The notes under the pieces: generated by a model
Databases searched by the model: none
What the model was told of the DNA's origin: nothing
Seen by the model: only the letters and a program-made list of their open reading frames with translations
In this document: piece by piece, positions 9,484 to 19,526 of the stretch
How the letters are laid out: every line of letters begins with the position of its first letter
How positions within the stretch are numbered: position 1 is the first letter of the stretch
Assembly (NCBI RefSeq): GCF_001644705.1
Contig: NZ_CP015137.1
Location: 3,330,001 to 3,362,000 of the forward strand
Source: Dickeya solani IPO 2222
Lineage (GTDB): Bacteria > Pseudomonadota > Gammaproteobacteria > Enterobacterales > Enterobacteriaceae
DNA length: 32,000 nucleotides
Direction: 5' to 3'
Made by a program: the position numbers and the translations under genes

Positions 9484-9505
9484 TTTATTTTGTAAGGGGT
9501 ATTCC

Positions 9506-9925
9506 GTGAAACCTGCTGCTCGTCGCCGCGCTCGTGAATGTGCGGTTCAAGCGCTTTATTCCTGGCAGTTGTCCAAAAACGATATTGCCGATGTTGAACT
9601 CCAGTTCCTGAGCGAGCAGGATGTCAAAGGCGTGGACATCGCCTATTTCCGCGAGTTGCTGGCGGGCGTTGCCACCCAGGCGGAAAAGCTGGATGCCCAG
9701 ATGGCGCCGTATCTTTCCCGTCAGTTGGACGAACTCGGGCAGGTGGAGAGAGCCATTCTGCGTCTGGCGGTGTATGAGCTCAGCAAGCGCGAGGATGTGC
9801 CTTACAAGGTTGCCATCAACGAAGCGATTGAGCTGGCCAAAGTGTTTGGCGCTGAAGACAGCCACAAGTTCGTGAACGGTGTGCTGGACAAGGCCGGGCC
9901 TTACCTGCGGCCGGGTAAAAAATAA
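9506..9925 (+). CDS. nusB: Transcription antitermination factor NusB (139 aa)
   Basis: From the GTG at 9506, which follows AAGGGG, the product [23 protein letters not shown]... aligns from residue 1 with E. coli NusB ([23 protein letters not shown]...). The ORF-track start at 9455 adds 17 non-homologous residues overlapping ribH. Confidence 0.95.
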   Translation: MKPAARRRARECAVQALYSWQLSKNDIADVELQFLSEQDVKGVDIAYFRELLAGVATQAEKLDAQMAPYLSRQLDELGQVERAILRLAVYELSKREDVPYKVAINEAIELAKVFGAEDSHKFVNGVLDKAGPYLRPGKK

Positions 9926-9932
9926 GTCAGTC

Positions 9933-9961
9933 AGGGCCGGTTTTCCGGCCTTGGTTTTTTT
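9933..9961 (+). terminator. Intrinsic terminator or attenuator after nusB
   Basis: AGGGCCGG-tttt-CCGGCCTT followed by GGTTTTTTT. Confidence 0.75.
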
Positions 9962-9982
9962 AGGTTATCACGATCTGGAAAG

Positions 9983-10960
9983 ATGATGGCTCAAGGTGAG
10001 TTTGATGTGATTGCCCGCTATTTCAACCGGGTGGGCTATTCACGGCGGGATGTTGAACTGGGGATCGGCGATGACTGCGCCCTGCTGAACATTCCTGACA
10101 AACAGTTGCTGGCGGTCAGTACGGATACGCTGGTATCCGGTATCCATTTTCTGCCCGATATCGATCCGGCCGATCTGGCGTACAAGTCTCTGGCGGTCAA
10201 TCTGAGCGATCTGGCTGCAATGGGCGCCGATCCCGCTTTTGTCTCTCTGGCGCTTACCCTGCCGGCCATTGATGCCGACTGGTTGGCCGCCTACAGCGAC
10301 AGCCTGTTTGAACTGCTTTCTTACTACGATATGCAGCTGATTGGCGGCGACACTACGCGTGGGCCGCTCAGCATGACGTTGACTATTCAAGGGTTGGTGC
10401 CGGTAGGTCGGGCGCTGAAACGCAGCGGAGCGCGTATCGGTGACTGGATTTACGTGACCGGAACGCTGGGCGACAGCGCCGCGGGCTTAGCTATTTTGCA
10501 GGATCGGCTACAGGTGTCTGACGCGGACGATCGTCAATGGTTGCTGCAACGTCATTTGCGTCCTCAGCCTCGTATTCTGCACGGGCAGGCGCTACGCGAT
10601 CTGGCCAGTGCGGCTATCGATCTGTCTGACGGGCTGGTATCTGATTTGGGGCATATTCTCAAGGCCAGCGATTGCGGCGCACGTATCAATCTGGATGCGT
10701 TGCCGTACTCCAGCACGTTGCTGCGGCATGACGACCCGGAGCAGGCTGTGGGGTGGGCGCTGAGCGGCGGTGAAGATTATGAATTGTGCTTTACCGTACC
10801 GGAGCTGAACCGGGGGGCGCTGGAGGTGGCGATTGGTCATCTGGGCGCCCGCTATACCTGCATCGGCCAGATTGGACCGGCCTCTGAAGGACTGAGTTTT
10901 TTCCGTTCAGGGCAACCGGTGACGATCAATCTGAAAGGGTACGATCATTTTGGCGCATGA
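9983..10960 (+). CDS. thiL: Thiamine-monophosphate kinase ThiL (325 aa; the start could be 9983 or 9986)
   Basis: [31 protein letters not shown]...[11 protein letters not shown]...[13 protein letters not shown] is colinear with remembered E. coli ThiL. Confidence 0.95.
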   Translation: MMAQGEFDVIARYFNRVGYSRRDVELGIGDDCALLNIPDKQLLAVSTDTLVSGIHFLPDIDPADLAYKSLAVNLSDLAAMGADPAFVSLALTLPAIDADWLAAYSDSLFELLSYYDMQLIGGDTTRGPLSMTLTIQGLVPVGRALKRSGARIGDWIYVTGTLGDSAAGLAILQDRLQVSDADDRQWLLQRHLRPQPRILHGQALRDLASAAIDLSDGLVSDLGHILKASDCGARINLDALPYSSTLLRHDDPEQAVGWALSGGEDYELCFTVPELNRGALEVAIGHLGARYTCIGQIGPASEGLSFFRSGQPVTINLKGYDHFGA

Positions 10961-11453
10961 AAACAAAGGATCTCTGGTCGCCAAAAGCCGCCTGCGGATG
11001 AGTAATCCGTGGCATTTGCTGGCGACCGGATTCGGCAGCGGCCTGTCGCCGTGGATGCCCGGCACCGCAGGCTCGCTGGCGGCTATCCCGGTATGGTATC
11101 TGTTGATGCTGTTGCCGTTGCAGCTTTATTCGCTGCTGGTGATGCTCAGTATCTGCATCGGCGTTTATCTGTGTCATCGCACCGCGAAAGACATGGGTGT
11201 GCATGACCACGGCAGCATCGTCTGGGACGAGTTTGTCGGGATGTGGATCACGCTGATGGCGGTGCCTTCGACCCACTGGGGATGGGTGGCCGCCGGGTTT
11301 GTGATTTTCCGGATTCTGGACATTTTCAAGCCCTGGCCGATTCGCTGGTTTGATCGCAATGTGCATGGCGGCATGGGCATCATGGTCGATGATATCGTCG
11401 CCGGGGTGATTTCCGCGGCGGTTTTGTATGTGGCCGGGCACTATGTGATATAG
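10950..11453 (+). CDS. pgpA: Phosphatidylglycerophosphatase A (167 aa if the TTG start at 10950 is used)
   Basis: [38 protein letters not shown]...[10 protein letters not shown] matches remembered E. coli PgpA. The only in-frame start candidates before the conserved VAKSRL segment are ATT at 10947 and TTG at 10950. The next ATG, at 10998, would remove conserved residues. The gene overlaps the thiL stop. Confidence 0.9.
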   Translation: MAHENKGSLVAKSRLRMSNPWHLLATGFGSGLSPWMPGTAGSLAAIPVWYLLMLLPLQLYSLLVMLSICIGVYLCHRTAKDMGVHDHGSIVWDEFVGMWITLMAVPSTHWGWVAAGFVIFRILDIFKPWPIRWFDRNVHGGMGIMVDDIVAGVISAAVLYVAGHYVI

Positions 11454-11513
11454 CGGCTGCAAGCAACAGCTCGACTATTGTGTTTGCGTGTGTTTGCGGC
11501 TGTAAAAAATGCT

Positions 11514-11558
11514 GCGGGTATAAAAAAACCGGGATTATCCCGGTTTTTTTATACCCGC
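11514..11558. terminator. Bidirectional intrinsic terminator between the convergent pgpA and dxs genes
   Basis: Perfect 45-bp palindrome GCGGGTATAAAAAAACCGGGAT-t-ATCCCGGTTTTTTTATACCCGC. The core is a CCGGGA/TCCCGG stem flanked by A7 and T7. Confidence 0.85.
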
Positions 11559-11572
11559 GCGATTGGTGCCGG

Positions 11573-13435
11573 TCAGGCCAGCCAGTCGCGGATGCGGCGC
11601 TCAATGCCTGCCGCGTCCAGTGCCAGGTCGGCGCGGATTTCCGTCTGGGTTCCTTGTGGAATAAAGTAGTCTGGCAGGCCAAGATTGAGCACCGGCACTG
11701 GCAGGCGTTTCGCCATCAGGTATTCGTTCACGCCGCTGCCGGCGCCGCCCATAATGGCATTCTCTTCCAGAGTGACCAGCACGTCATGGCTGGCGGCCAG
11801 CGAGGCGATCAGCGCTTCGTCCAGTGGTTTGACAAACCGCATGTCCACCAGTGTCGCGTTGAGCGCATCGGCTGCCTGCTGCGCTTCCGGCAACAGGGTG
11901 CCGAAATTCAGAATAGCGATCTTCTCGCCCTGACGTTTTATTACCCCTTTGCCAATGGGCAGGGGTTCCAGCGGCGCCAGTTCTACGCCCAGGATGCTGC
12001 CGCGCGGATAGCGTACCGCACATGGCCCCGACTGATAGTGGTAGCCGGTATGCAGCATTAACCGGCACTCGTTTTCGTCGCTGGGCGTCATGATCACCAT
12101 GTGCGGGATACAGCGCAGGAACGAGAGATCAAACGCGCCCTGATGGGTCTGACCATCGGCGCCGACAATGCCGCCGCGATCGATGGCGAACAGCACCGGC
12201 AGGTTCTGGATGGCGACGTCATGAATCACCTGGTCATAGGCGCGTTGCAGGAAGGTGGAATAAATCGCCACTACCGGGCGATAACCGCCGATCGCCAGCC
12301 CGGCGGCAAAGGTCACCGCATGTTGCTCGGCGATAGCGACATCGAAGTACTGTTGTGGGTATTCACGTGAAAACGCCACCATGCCGGAGCCTTCACGCAT
12401 GGCCGGGGTGATCGCCATCAGGCGGTTATCCGTCGCCGCCGTTTCCTTCAGCCACTGGCCGAAAATCGCGGAGTAGGTAGGCAACGCTTCTTTGCTTTTC
12501 GGCAGCGTACCGCTGGCCGGATCGAATTTCGGCACCGCATGCCAGCTGATCGGGTCTTGTTCGGCCGGCCCATAACCTTTGCCTTTCTTGGTCATGATAT
12601 GCAGCAGCTGCGGGCCTTTCAGGCTGCGCATATTTTTCAGCGTTTGCACCAGTGACTGCACGTCATGGCCATCCACCGGGCCGATATAGTTGAACCCCAA
12701 CTCTTCAAATAGCGTACCGGGCACCACCATACCTTTCAGGTGCTCTTCGGTGCGTTTGACCAGTTCCTTGATGGGCGGCAGGCCGGACAGCACTTTTTTG
12801 CCGCCTTCGCGCAGGGTGGAATAGAGCTTGCCGGACAGCAATTGCGCCAGATGATTATTCAACGCGCCGACGTTTTCGGAAATCGACATTTCATTGTCGT
12901 TCAGCACCACCAGCATGTCCGGTTTGATATCACCGGCGTGGTTCATGGCTTCAAACGCCATGCCGGCGGTGATGGCGCCGTCGCCGATCACGCAGACGGT
13001 TCGGCGGCCTTGCCCTTCACGCTCGGCGGCCACCGCCATACCGATGCCGGCGCTGATGGACGTCGAGGAGTGGCCGACGCTCAGCACGTCGTACTCGCTC
13101 TCGCCGCGCCAGGGGAACGGATGCAGGCCGCCTTTCTGACGGATGGTGGCGATGCGGTCACGTCGCTCGGTCAGGATTTTATGGGGGTAAGCCTGGTGGC
13201 CCACATCCCACACCAGATGGTCGAACGGGGTGTTATAGACGTAATGCAATGCCACGGTCAGCTCGACCGTACCCAGACCCGAGGCAAAATGCCCGCTTGA
13301 GCGGCTGACGCTGTCCAGCAGATACTGTCGCAGCTCGTCGCACAATTTGGGCAGGCTTTCCCTTGGCAGCAGGCGTAGTTCCTCGGGGTTTTCCACCAGC
13401 GCCAGCGTGGGGTATTTCGCTATATCAAAGGTCAT
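11573..13435 (-). CDS. dxs: 1-deoxy-D-xylulose-5-phosphate synthase (620 aa)
   Basis: [55 protein letters not shown] is a full-length match to remembered E. coli Dxs, including the TPP-binding GDG motif ([15 protein letters not shown]). Confidence 0.97.
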   Translation of the reverse strand: MTFDIAKYPTLALVENPEELRLLPRESLPKLCDELRQYLLDSVSRSSGHFASGLGTVELTVALHYVYNTPFDHLVWDVGHQAYPHKILTERRDRIATIRQKGGLHPFPWRGESEYDVLSVGHSSTSISAGIGMAVAAEREGQGRRTVCVIGDGAITAGMAFEAMNHAGDIKPDMLVVLNDNEMSISENVGALNNHLAQLLSGKLYSTLREGGKKVLSGLPPIKELVKRTEEHLKGMVVPGTLFEELGFNYIGPVDGHDVQSLVQTLKNMRSLKGPQLLHIMTKKGKGYGPAEQDPISWHAVPKFDPASGTLPKSKEALPTYSAIFGQWLKETAATDNRLMAITPAMREGSGMVAFSREYPQQYFDVAIAEQHAVTFAAGLAIGGYRPVVAIYSTFLQRAYDQVIHDVAIQNLPVLFAIDRGGIVGADGQTHQGAFDLSFLRCIPHMVIMTPSDENECRLMLHTGYHYQSGPCAVRYPRGSILGVELAPLEPLPIGKGVIKRQGEKIAILNFGTLLPEAQQAADALNATLVDMRFVKPLDEALIASLAASHDVLVTLEENAIMGGAGSGVNEYLMAKRLPVPVLNLGLPDYFIPQGTQTEIRADLALDAAGIERRIRDWLA

Positions 13436-13468
13436 CGGATACTCATCAAGCGGTATTTGATATTAAAA

Positions 13469-14380
13469 TTATTTATCGCGTTCAACGACATAGTTCGCCA
13501 GCGACCGTAATGGCGCAATGGCGGTGGGGTTGTCCAGCGTTTCTTCCAGTTCATTCAGCGCCGAGAGGGATTCCTGACACAGTTCCCGGGCTTTGATTTT
13601 GGCTTGCTCAAGTCCCAGCAAGGCCGGGTAGGTGCTTTTACCGAGTTGTTGGTCGGCGCCCTGACGTTTGCCGGTGGTGGCGCTGTCGCCAATCACATCC
13701 AGAATATCGTCCTGTACCTGAAAGGCCAGCCCGACAGCGTTGGCATAGCGGTCGAGGCAAGGCAGGGCGAGACGTCCGCGCTCGCCGGCGGCCAGCGCAC
13801 CCAGTCGTACCGAGGCCCGAATCAGCGCGCCGGTCTTATGACGGTGGATGTGTTCCAGCGCCAGCAGATCAACCTGATGGCCTTCCGCCTCCAGGTCCAG
13901 TGCCTGACCGCCGCACATGCCTGCCACGCCGCTGGCACTGGCCAGTTCGGAGATCATCGCCAGCCGATCGCGGTCGCTGACCTGCGGCATCGGCGTATCA
14001 GCCAGAATGGAGAACGCCAGTGTCTGTAAGGCATCGCCAGCCAGAATCGCCTTATCCTCGCCGAATCTGACATGACAGGTAGGCTGGCCGCGCCGCAGAT
14101 CGTCATTATCCATGGCCGGTAAATCATCGTGAATCAGGGAGTAGGCATGAATGCATTCGACAGCGGCGGCCGGCGCGTCGAGATTATCCTGCGAGATACC
14201 GAACAACTGGCCAGTGGTATAAACCAGAAAAGGACGCAGACGCTTGCCCCCCAACAATGCGCCGTGCGCCATCGCTTCCACCAGTGGACTACTCTGAAAA
14301 GGCAGGGTGGAAATAAACTGGTTGAGTGTGGCGTTGATGCGTTGATGGTGAGCAGTAAGCTGCTTGAGAAAATCTGTCAT
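13469..14380 (-). CDS. ispA: Farnesyl diphosphate synthase IspA (303 aa)
   Basis: Both aspartate-rich motifs are present ([17 protein letters not shown] and FQVQDDILD). xseB-ispA-dxs order as in E. coli. Confidence 0.96.
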   Translation of the reverse strand: MTDFLKQLTAHHQRINATLNQFISTLPFQSSPLVEAMAHGALLGGKRLRPFLVYTTGQLFGISQDNLDAPAAAVECIHAYSLIHDDLPAMDNDDLRRGQPTCHVRFGEDKAILAGDALQTLAFSILADTPMPQVSDRDRLAMISELASASGVAGMCGGQALDLEAEGHQVDLLALEHIHRHKTGALIRASVRLGALAAGERGRLALPCLDRYANAVGLAFQVQDDILDVIGDSATTGKRQGADQQLGKSTYPALLGLEQAKIKARELCQESLSALNELEETLDNPTAIAPLRSLANYVVERDK

Positions 14381-14625
14381 AACGACTCATTATCCGGCGT
14401 AAAAGGTGTCAGGGCAGCATCGGGATCGTCATTCAGCAGAATCTGAACGCGCTGTTCGGCCTGCTGCAATTTCAATTGCCCCTGACGGGCAAGCTGGACA
14501 CCCTGCTCAAAGGCATTCAGCGCCTCTTCCAGCGGCAGTTCGCCCGATTCCAGACGCGACACGATCTGTTCCAGTTCGGTGAGCGAGCTTTCAAAGCTGA
14601 CGGGTTGTTCAGTTTTTTTCGGCAT
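14377..14625 (-). CDS. xseB: Exodeoxyribonuclease VII small subunit (82 aa)
   Basis: From the ATG at 14625, [36 protein letters not shown]... aligns with E. coli XseB ([22 protein letters not shown]...). The ORF-track start at 14673 adds 16 non-homologous residues. The stop overlaps the ispA start (ATGA), which suggests translational coupling. Confidence 0.93.
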   Translation of the reverse strand: MPKKTEQPVSFESSLTELEQIVSRLESGELPLEEALNAFEQGVQLARQGQLKLQQAEQRVQILLNDDPDAALTPFTPDNESL

Positions 14626-14891
14626 ATTCGTTTCCGGATCTTGTTTATACGCGCCTGTCGGCGCCGACGCCACCGGATTGTCACGGCACGCGCCTCAATG
14701 GTACGCAATTATGCGCTTAATCCGCGCAGCTTACCGCAATATGGTGGTATACTCCGCGCCCTGGATGCTATTGGTAACGCCACCCGGACAAGGATGGTTT
14801 TGCCGATAACGTAATTTTCGCGCTCAGGGTACCTGCGTTTTATCCTTGTACCTGTGTTTTACGCCTTCAGAACCAACTAACGATAGCCGCC

Positions 14892-16340
14892 ATGAAGTTT
14901 ATCATTAAATTGTTCCCGGAAATCACCATCAAGAGCCAATCTGTGCGATTGCGCTTTATAAAAATTCTTACCGGTAACATCCGTAACGTTTTAAAACAGT
15001 ATGATGAAACGCTGGCGGTTGTCCGTCACTGGGATCATATCGACGTTCGCGCCAAAGACGAAAGTCAACGTATCGCGATACAGGATGCGCTGACGCGCAT
15101 CCCTGGCATTCACCACATTCTTGAAGTGGAAGAGTGCGACTACACCGATGTCCACCATATTTTTGAACAAACGCTGACCACCTACCGTGAGCAACTGGAG
15201 GGAAAAACCTTCTGTGTGCGGGTGAAGCGTCGCGGCAAGCACGATTTCAGTTCTCAGGATGTGGAACGCTACGTCGGCGGCGGACTGAATCAGCATATTG
15301 AGAGCGCGCGGGTTAATCTGACCGCTCCGCAAGTCACGGTGCATCTGGAAATCGAACAGGATCGCCTGCTGTTGATCAAGGGGCGCTATGAAGGCATCGG
15401 CGGTTTCCCGATCGGCACGCAGGAAGATGTGCTGTCGCTGATCTCCGGCGGATTTGATTCCGGTGTTTCCAGCTACATGCTGATGCGCCGCGGCTGCCGG
15501 GTGCACTACTGCTTCTTCAATCTTGGCGGCGCCGCGCACGAAATCGGCGTGCGTCAGGTGGCGCATTACCTGTGGAACCGTTTCGGCAGTTCACACCGGG
15601 TGCGTTTTGTCGCCGTTGATTTCGAACCGGTGGTCGGCGAAATCCTGGAGAAGGTGGACGACGGCCAGATGGGCGTAGTGCTCAAGCGCATGATGGTGCG
15701 AGCGGCGTCGCGCATTGCCGAACGCTATGGCGTGCAGGCGCTGGTGACCGGCGAAGCGTTGGGTCAGGTCTCCAGCCAGACGCTGACCAACCTGCGGCTG
15801 ATCGATAACGCCTCGGATACGCTGATCCTGCGTCCGCTGATTTCGCACGATAAAGAGCACATCATCCGTATGGCGCGTGAGCTTGGCACCGAGGATTTCG
15901 CCAAAACCATGCCCGAATATTGCGGTGTGATCTCCAAAAGCCCGACGGTGAAGGCGGTGAAGGCCAAAATCGAGCATGAAGAAAGTCTGTTTGATTTCTC
16001 GATTCTTGAGCGGGTGGTGGCGGAAGCGCGCAACATCGACATCCGTGAGATTGCCGAGCAGACTCAGCAGGATGTGGCCGAAGTGGAAACGGTCGGTGCG
16101 TTTGCCGCGAGCGATATTCTGCTGGATATTCGTTCGCCGGACGAACAGGATGAGCGCCCGCTGGCGCTGGAACAGGTGGAAATCAAATCGCTGCCGTTCT
16201 ACAAGCTGGGGACGCAGTTTGGCGATCTTGATCAGAGCAAAACCTACCTGCTGTATTGTGAGCGCGGGGTGATGAGTCGCTTGCAGGCGTTGTACCTGCG
16301 CGAGCAAGGGTTCAACAACGTCAAGGTGTATCGTCCCTGA
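14892..16340 (+). CDS. thiI: tRNA 4-thiouridine synthase / thiazole sulfur carrier ThiI (482 aa)
   Basis: [26 protein letters not shown] is the THUMP N-terminus, SGGFDSGV is the PP-loop, and a C-terminal rhodanese domain is present (YCERGVMS). Confidence 0.96.
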   Translation: MKFIIKLFPEITIKSQSVRLRFIKILTGNIRNVLKQYDETLAVVRHWDHIDVRAKDESQRIAIQDALTRIPGIHHILEVEECDYTDVHHIFEQTLTTYREQLEGKTFCVRVKRRGKHDFSSQDVERYVGGGLNQHIESARVNLTAPQVTVHLEIEQDRLLLIKGRYEGIGGFPIGTQEDVLSLISGGFDSGVSSYMLMRRGCRVHYCFFNLGGAAHEIGVRQVAHYLWNRFGSSHRVRFVAVDFEPVVGEILEKVDDGQMGVVLKRMMVRAASRIAERYGVQALVTGEALGQVSSQTLTNLRLIDNASDTLILRPLISHDKEHIIRMARELGTEDFAKTMPEYCGVISKSPTVKAVKAKIEHEESLFDFSILERVVAEARNIDIREIAEQTQQDVAEVETVGAFAASDILLDIRSPDEQDERPLALEQVEIKSLPFYKLGTQFGDLDQSKTYLLYCERGVMSRLQALYLREQGFNNVKVYRP

Positions 16341-16364
16341 CAGGCCGTTCATGACGTAAACCAG

Positions 16365-16392
16365 AAAAAAGCGCCTATTCGGCGCTTTTTTT
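16365..16392. terminator. Bidirectional intrinsic terminator between the convergent thiI and yajL genes
   Basis: AAAAAA-GCGCC-tattc-GGCGC-TTTTTTT. Confidence 0.85.
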
Positions 16393-16403
16393 GTCTCTGT
16401 GCG

Positions 16404-17000
16404 TCAGGCCGGATCCTGATAGTTGTAGATTCCCGGCGGCAGCACCAACTGCGCCGCGATTTCCGCCGCTTTATCTTTACCCAGCAACAGATCGATCAGC
16501 TTCAGAGCGAAGTCGATACTGGTGCCGGGGCCCTGGCTGGTCAGCAGATTGACGCGTGGGTCGAATACGACGCGCTTTTCCAGCCATTTCTCCGGCGAAA
16601 TCCGCTCTTTTAGCGTTGGGTAGCCGGTCATATTGCCGAGTGGAAACAACTGATGATGCTCCAGCACCACCGCTGGCGACGCGCAGATCGCCGCCACGAT
16701 TTTGCCTTCCTGATGGGTTTGCCGCAGGCGTTCAACCAACAGTGGGCTGTCGCGGAAACATTCTGCACCTTGCAGGCCGCCGGGCAGCACTACCGCGTCA
16801 AAGTCATGATCGGCAACGGCCACCAGCGGCGCGTCGGCAATCAGCTTTACCCCGCGGGAGCAGGTGATTTCCGTGCTGCCATCGCTCGCCACGCTGGCCG
16901 TGGTCACGCGAATTCCTGCCCTGACCAGCAGATCGATGGTGGTCACGGCTTCGATTTCTTCGCTACCAGGTGCCAGACAGACCAGAACCGAGGCGGTCAT
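16404..17000 (-). CDS. yajL: DJ-1/PfpI family protein deglycase YajL (198 aa)
   Basis: [30 protein letters not shown]...AAICASPA... aligns with E. coli YajL ([30 protein letters not shown]). Start placed at the ATG at 17000, 7 nt after AGGAG. The ATGs at 17006 and 17063 have poor or no spacing to a Shine-Dalgarno sequence. Confidence 0.93.
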   Translation of the reverse strand: MTASVLVCLAPGSEEIEAVTTIDLLVRAGIRVTTASVASDGSTEITCSRGVKLIADAPLVAVADHDFDAVVLPGGLQGAECFRDSPLLVERLRQTHQEGKIVAAICASPAVVLEHHQLFPLGNMTGYPTLKERISPEKWLEKRVVFDPRVNLLTSQGPGTSIDFALKLIDLLLGKDKAAEIAAQLVLPPGIYNYQDPA

Positions 17001-17883
17001 ATTCATTCTCCTTTCGTTTGATATAGTCGAACAGGCGGCTGTTTTCCGGCAGGGATAATCCATGGGCGCGGGCGCGTCGCAGCAGGTAACCGGTGATGTA
17101 GTCGATTTCCGTATGGCGCTGCGCCAGCACGTCCTGACGCATTGAGGAGGTATTGGCCGCCGTGTTCTGGATGATTTGGTTCACGTAGAGCTGCAGGCTT
17201 TCCAACGAGGTATGGAAGCCTTCGCGGTCCATGACCTGCGCCACTTCCTGACAGAGTGCCTCAACTTGCTCCGGGTAAGCCTGCAATTCGCCGTTGGTGC
17301 ATTGGTGCAGCACCGTTAGCGGATTGATGACGCAATTGGCAGACAGCTTCAGCCAGCAGGTTGCGGTAATGTGGTTATGCCAGGCGACGTCAGGCAGGGC
17401 CTGATGCAGGGTTTCCGCCAGTTGGCTTTGTTCTTCTTCCCGGTGTGTCGAGCGGTCAAGCGTACCGATATGGGTGATGCCTGCCGCAACGTGCACCACC
17501 GTTGCCGGATCTCGCCGTGCGGCATGCGTGGTCACCCCCAGTAGCAGTGGCTGGCTGATTGCCGGTAGTTCCTCCCAGGTTCCCATTCCGTTGTGCAGCA
17601 GCAAAATGGTGCAGTCGGGACGTAACCGGGGCAGTAGAGCGGAAACCGCATCGGATACCTGCCAGGCCTTCAACGTGACCAGCAACAGTTCGCTTTGCGC
17701 CAGATGTTCGGTGTTGTTGGCTGTCAGATTAAGGTTACAACGCTCGCCAGAGAGCATCGTAACGTTAATCTGGCAGGACGCTTGCGGGATACGTAGCCAA
17801 CCTTGTACATCATGCCCTTGCCGGTGTAACGCGTTGAGCCAGAGTTGACCGATGGCGCCACAGCCAAGAACAGTAATTTTCAT
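16963..17883 (-). CDS. panE: 2-dehydropantoate 2-reductase PanE (306 aa)
   Basis: [31 protein letters not shown]...[10 protein letters not shown]...[20 protein letters not shown] matches remembered E. coli PanE. Its 3' end overlaps the yajL start by 38 nt. Confidence 0.95.
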   Translation of the reverse strand: MKITVLGCGAIGQLWLNALHRQGHDVQGWLRIPQASCQINVTMLSGERCNLNLTANNTEHLAQSELLLVTLKAWQVSDAVSALLPRLRPDCTILLLHNGMGTWEELPAISQPLLLGVTTHAARRDPATVVHVAAGITHIGTLDRSTHREEEQSQLAETLHQALPDVAWHNHITATCWLKLSANCVINPLTVLHQCTNGELQAYPEQVEALCQEVAQVMDREGFHTSLESLQLYVNQIIQNTAANTSSMRQDVLAQRHTEIDYITGYLLRRARAHGLSLPENSRLFDYIKRKENEYDRLGSGLSGTW

Positions 17884-18054
17884 CCGCGGTTTCCTTTATC
17901 GGGGGGAGCCAGCCTGTGCTTATCCGGCTTATCATAAAGTATTCCGCTGCCGTCTGCCGCCGCTTGTTGCGCGAGTAGCTGGAAGTAGGGCGAATTTTGC
18001 TTATTTGGCGCGAGCGGTTATCATGCTCGGCAGCTATTGTCAGGAGAAAAAATT

Positions 18055-18546
18055 ATGCCATCTTTCGATATTGTTTCGGAAATCGATATGCAGGAAGTCC
18101 GCAATGCGGTGGAAAACGCCACCCGCGAGTTGGGCACCCGCTGGGACTTTCGTAATGTGCCAGCCAGCTTTGATCTGAATGAAAAAGCACAAACTATCAA
18201 AGCGACGAGTGAATCAGATTTTCAGGTTAAGCAATTGATTGAAATTATAAGGGAAAAACTGGCAAAACGCGGAATTGAGGGCGGTTCGCTGGAAATCCCT
18301 GAAGAAATGGAGCACAGCGGCAAAACGTACAGCGTGGAAGCCAAGCTGAAACAGGGCATTGAAGCCACGCTGGCGAAGAAAATCGTCAAACTGATCAAAG
18401 ACAGCAAGCTCAAGGTTCAGGCGCAGGTTCAGGGCGAACAAGTGCGCGTTATCGGAAAATCCCGCGACGACCTGCAAGGCGTGATCGCGCTGGTGCGTGG
18501 CGCCGATCTGGGGCAACCTTTTCAGTTCAATAACTTCCGCGATTGA
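18055..18546 (+). CDS. yajQ: YajQ family nucleotide-binding protein (163 aa)
   Basis: From the ATG at 18055, which follows [36 protein letters not shown]...[11 protein letters not shown] aligns end to end with E. coli YajQ. Confidence 0.95.
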   Translation: MPSFDIVSEIDMQEVRNAVENATRELGTRWDFRNVPASFDLNEKAQTIKATSESDFQVKQLIEIIREKLAKRGIEGGSLEIPEEMEHSGKTYSVEAKLKQGIEATLAKKIVKLIKDSKLKVQAQVQGEQVRVIGKSRDDLQGVIALVRGADLGQPFQFNNFRD

Positions 18547-18593
18547 TCCCCACTGTGGATGATTGCCTGCCGGCAATCTCGCACGCGGTTTTG

Positions 18594-18622
18594 TGAGGCG
18601 CCCGAGGGCGCCTCATGCTTTT
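18594..18622 (+). terminator. Intrinsic terminator after yajQ
   Basis: TGAGGCGCC-cgag-GGCGCCTCA followed by TGCTTTTG. A second, smaller hairpin, GATTGCC-tgcc-GGCAATC, lies at 18561..18578. Confidence 0.7.
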
Positions 18623-18996
18623 GCCGCTCATTCCCGTCTTGCTACATCCTTTCCCGGCGCCAGAGCAAGCGTCATGTCTGTTGATAAAAAATAAATAGCA
18701 TTTTAAATCAGACTGATAGATAGAAAAACAGGCGTGTCGGCATTACTAACATGGCTGTAAGTACTTCACAGGACGTCAGTGTCGACGGTAAAAAAGCCAA
18801 TACCTGTCACGACTCAATGCGGGGAAAGACTGACTTTGTTTTGCCAACCCAGGGAAATACTACCTGTTCCGTTTTTTCACCACATCGCCTTGGGTGGACC
18901 GGGACACCAATCGACAATCATTTGTGGTTGTCGTGAGTGATGGCATGCCGCAAAGAGGACGGCCATCTTATTTCAACGTATACAAGAGCGCGATGG

Positions 18997-19491
18997 ATGA
19001 AAAAACTGTTTGTCGTGATGCTGTGCCTGACGGCCCTGGCGCCAGCCGTTGCCCGAACGAATTCAACACCGGGTGACGCCAGCGCCGTCAGTCTGACCAG
19101 CAAGCGGGATCTGGCTCAGGAAGAGAAAAACCGGGCGCTGGTCGTCGAGTTCTATACCGAAGTGCTCGGCAACCGACGTGTTGATTTGGCTGATAAGTAC
19201 CTGAGCGTAGATTACATTCAGCATAATCCGTATGCCGCCACCGGGCGGGAAGCCTTTGTGGCTTTCTTCCGTGAGCTGTTTAGCCGCTATCCTCAATCCG
19301 AACACCGCATTATCCGCACCGCTACCGACGGCGATCTGGTTTATCTGCATGTATTTGCAAGGAATGATCCCACAGAACGGGGGCGTGCGGTGATGGATAT
19401 CTTACGTGTTGATAACGGCAAAATCGTGGAACACTGGGATGTGGTGCAGCCGATACCTGAAACGAGCGCCAACGCCAACGGGATGTTTTGA
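18997..19491 (+). CDS. Secreted SnoaL-like / NTF2-fold protein of unknown function (164 aa)
   Basis: ORF 18937..19491, with the start moved to the ATG at 18997. This gives a Sec signal peptide, MKKLFVVMLCLTALAPAVA|RT. The mature part (EEKNRALVVEFYTEVLGNRRVDLADKYLSVDYIQHNP...GKIVEHWDVVQPIP) has the typical SnoaL-like polyketide-cyclase/NTF2 pattern. The Shine-Dalgarno sequence is weak. Confidence 0.75.
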   Translation: MKKLFVVMLCLTALAPAVARTNSTPGDASAVSLTSKRDLAQEEKNRALVVEFYTEVLGNRRVDLADKYLSVDYIQHNPYAATGREAFVAFFRELFSRYPQSEHRIIRTATDGDLVYLHVFARNDPTERGRAVMDILRVDNGKIVEHWDVVQPIPETSANANGMF

Positions 19492-19493
19492 TA

Positions 19494-19519
19494 CGGCTTG
19501 CCCCGGTTTGGGCAAGCCG
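19494..19519. terminator. GC-rich hairpin between the convergent SnoaL-like and yajR genes (no U-tract)
   Basis: CGGCTTGCCC-cggttt-GGGCAAGCCG has a 10-bp perfect stem. With no T-run on either side, its function as a terminator is uncertain. Confidence 0.45.
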
Positions 19520-19526
19520 TCGAACC

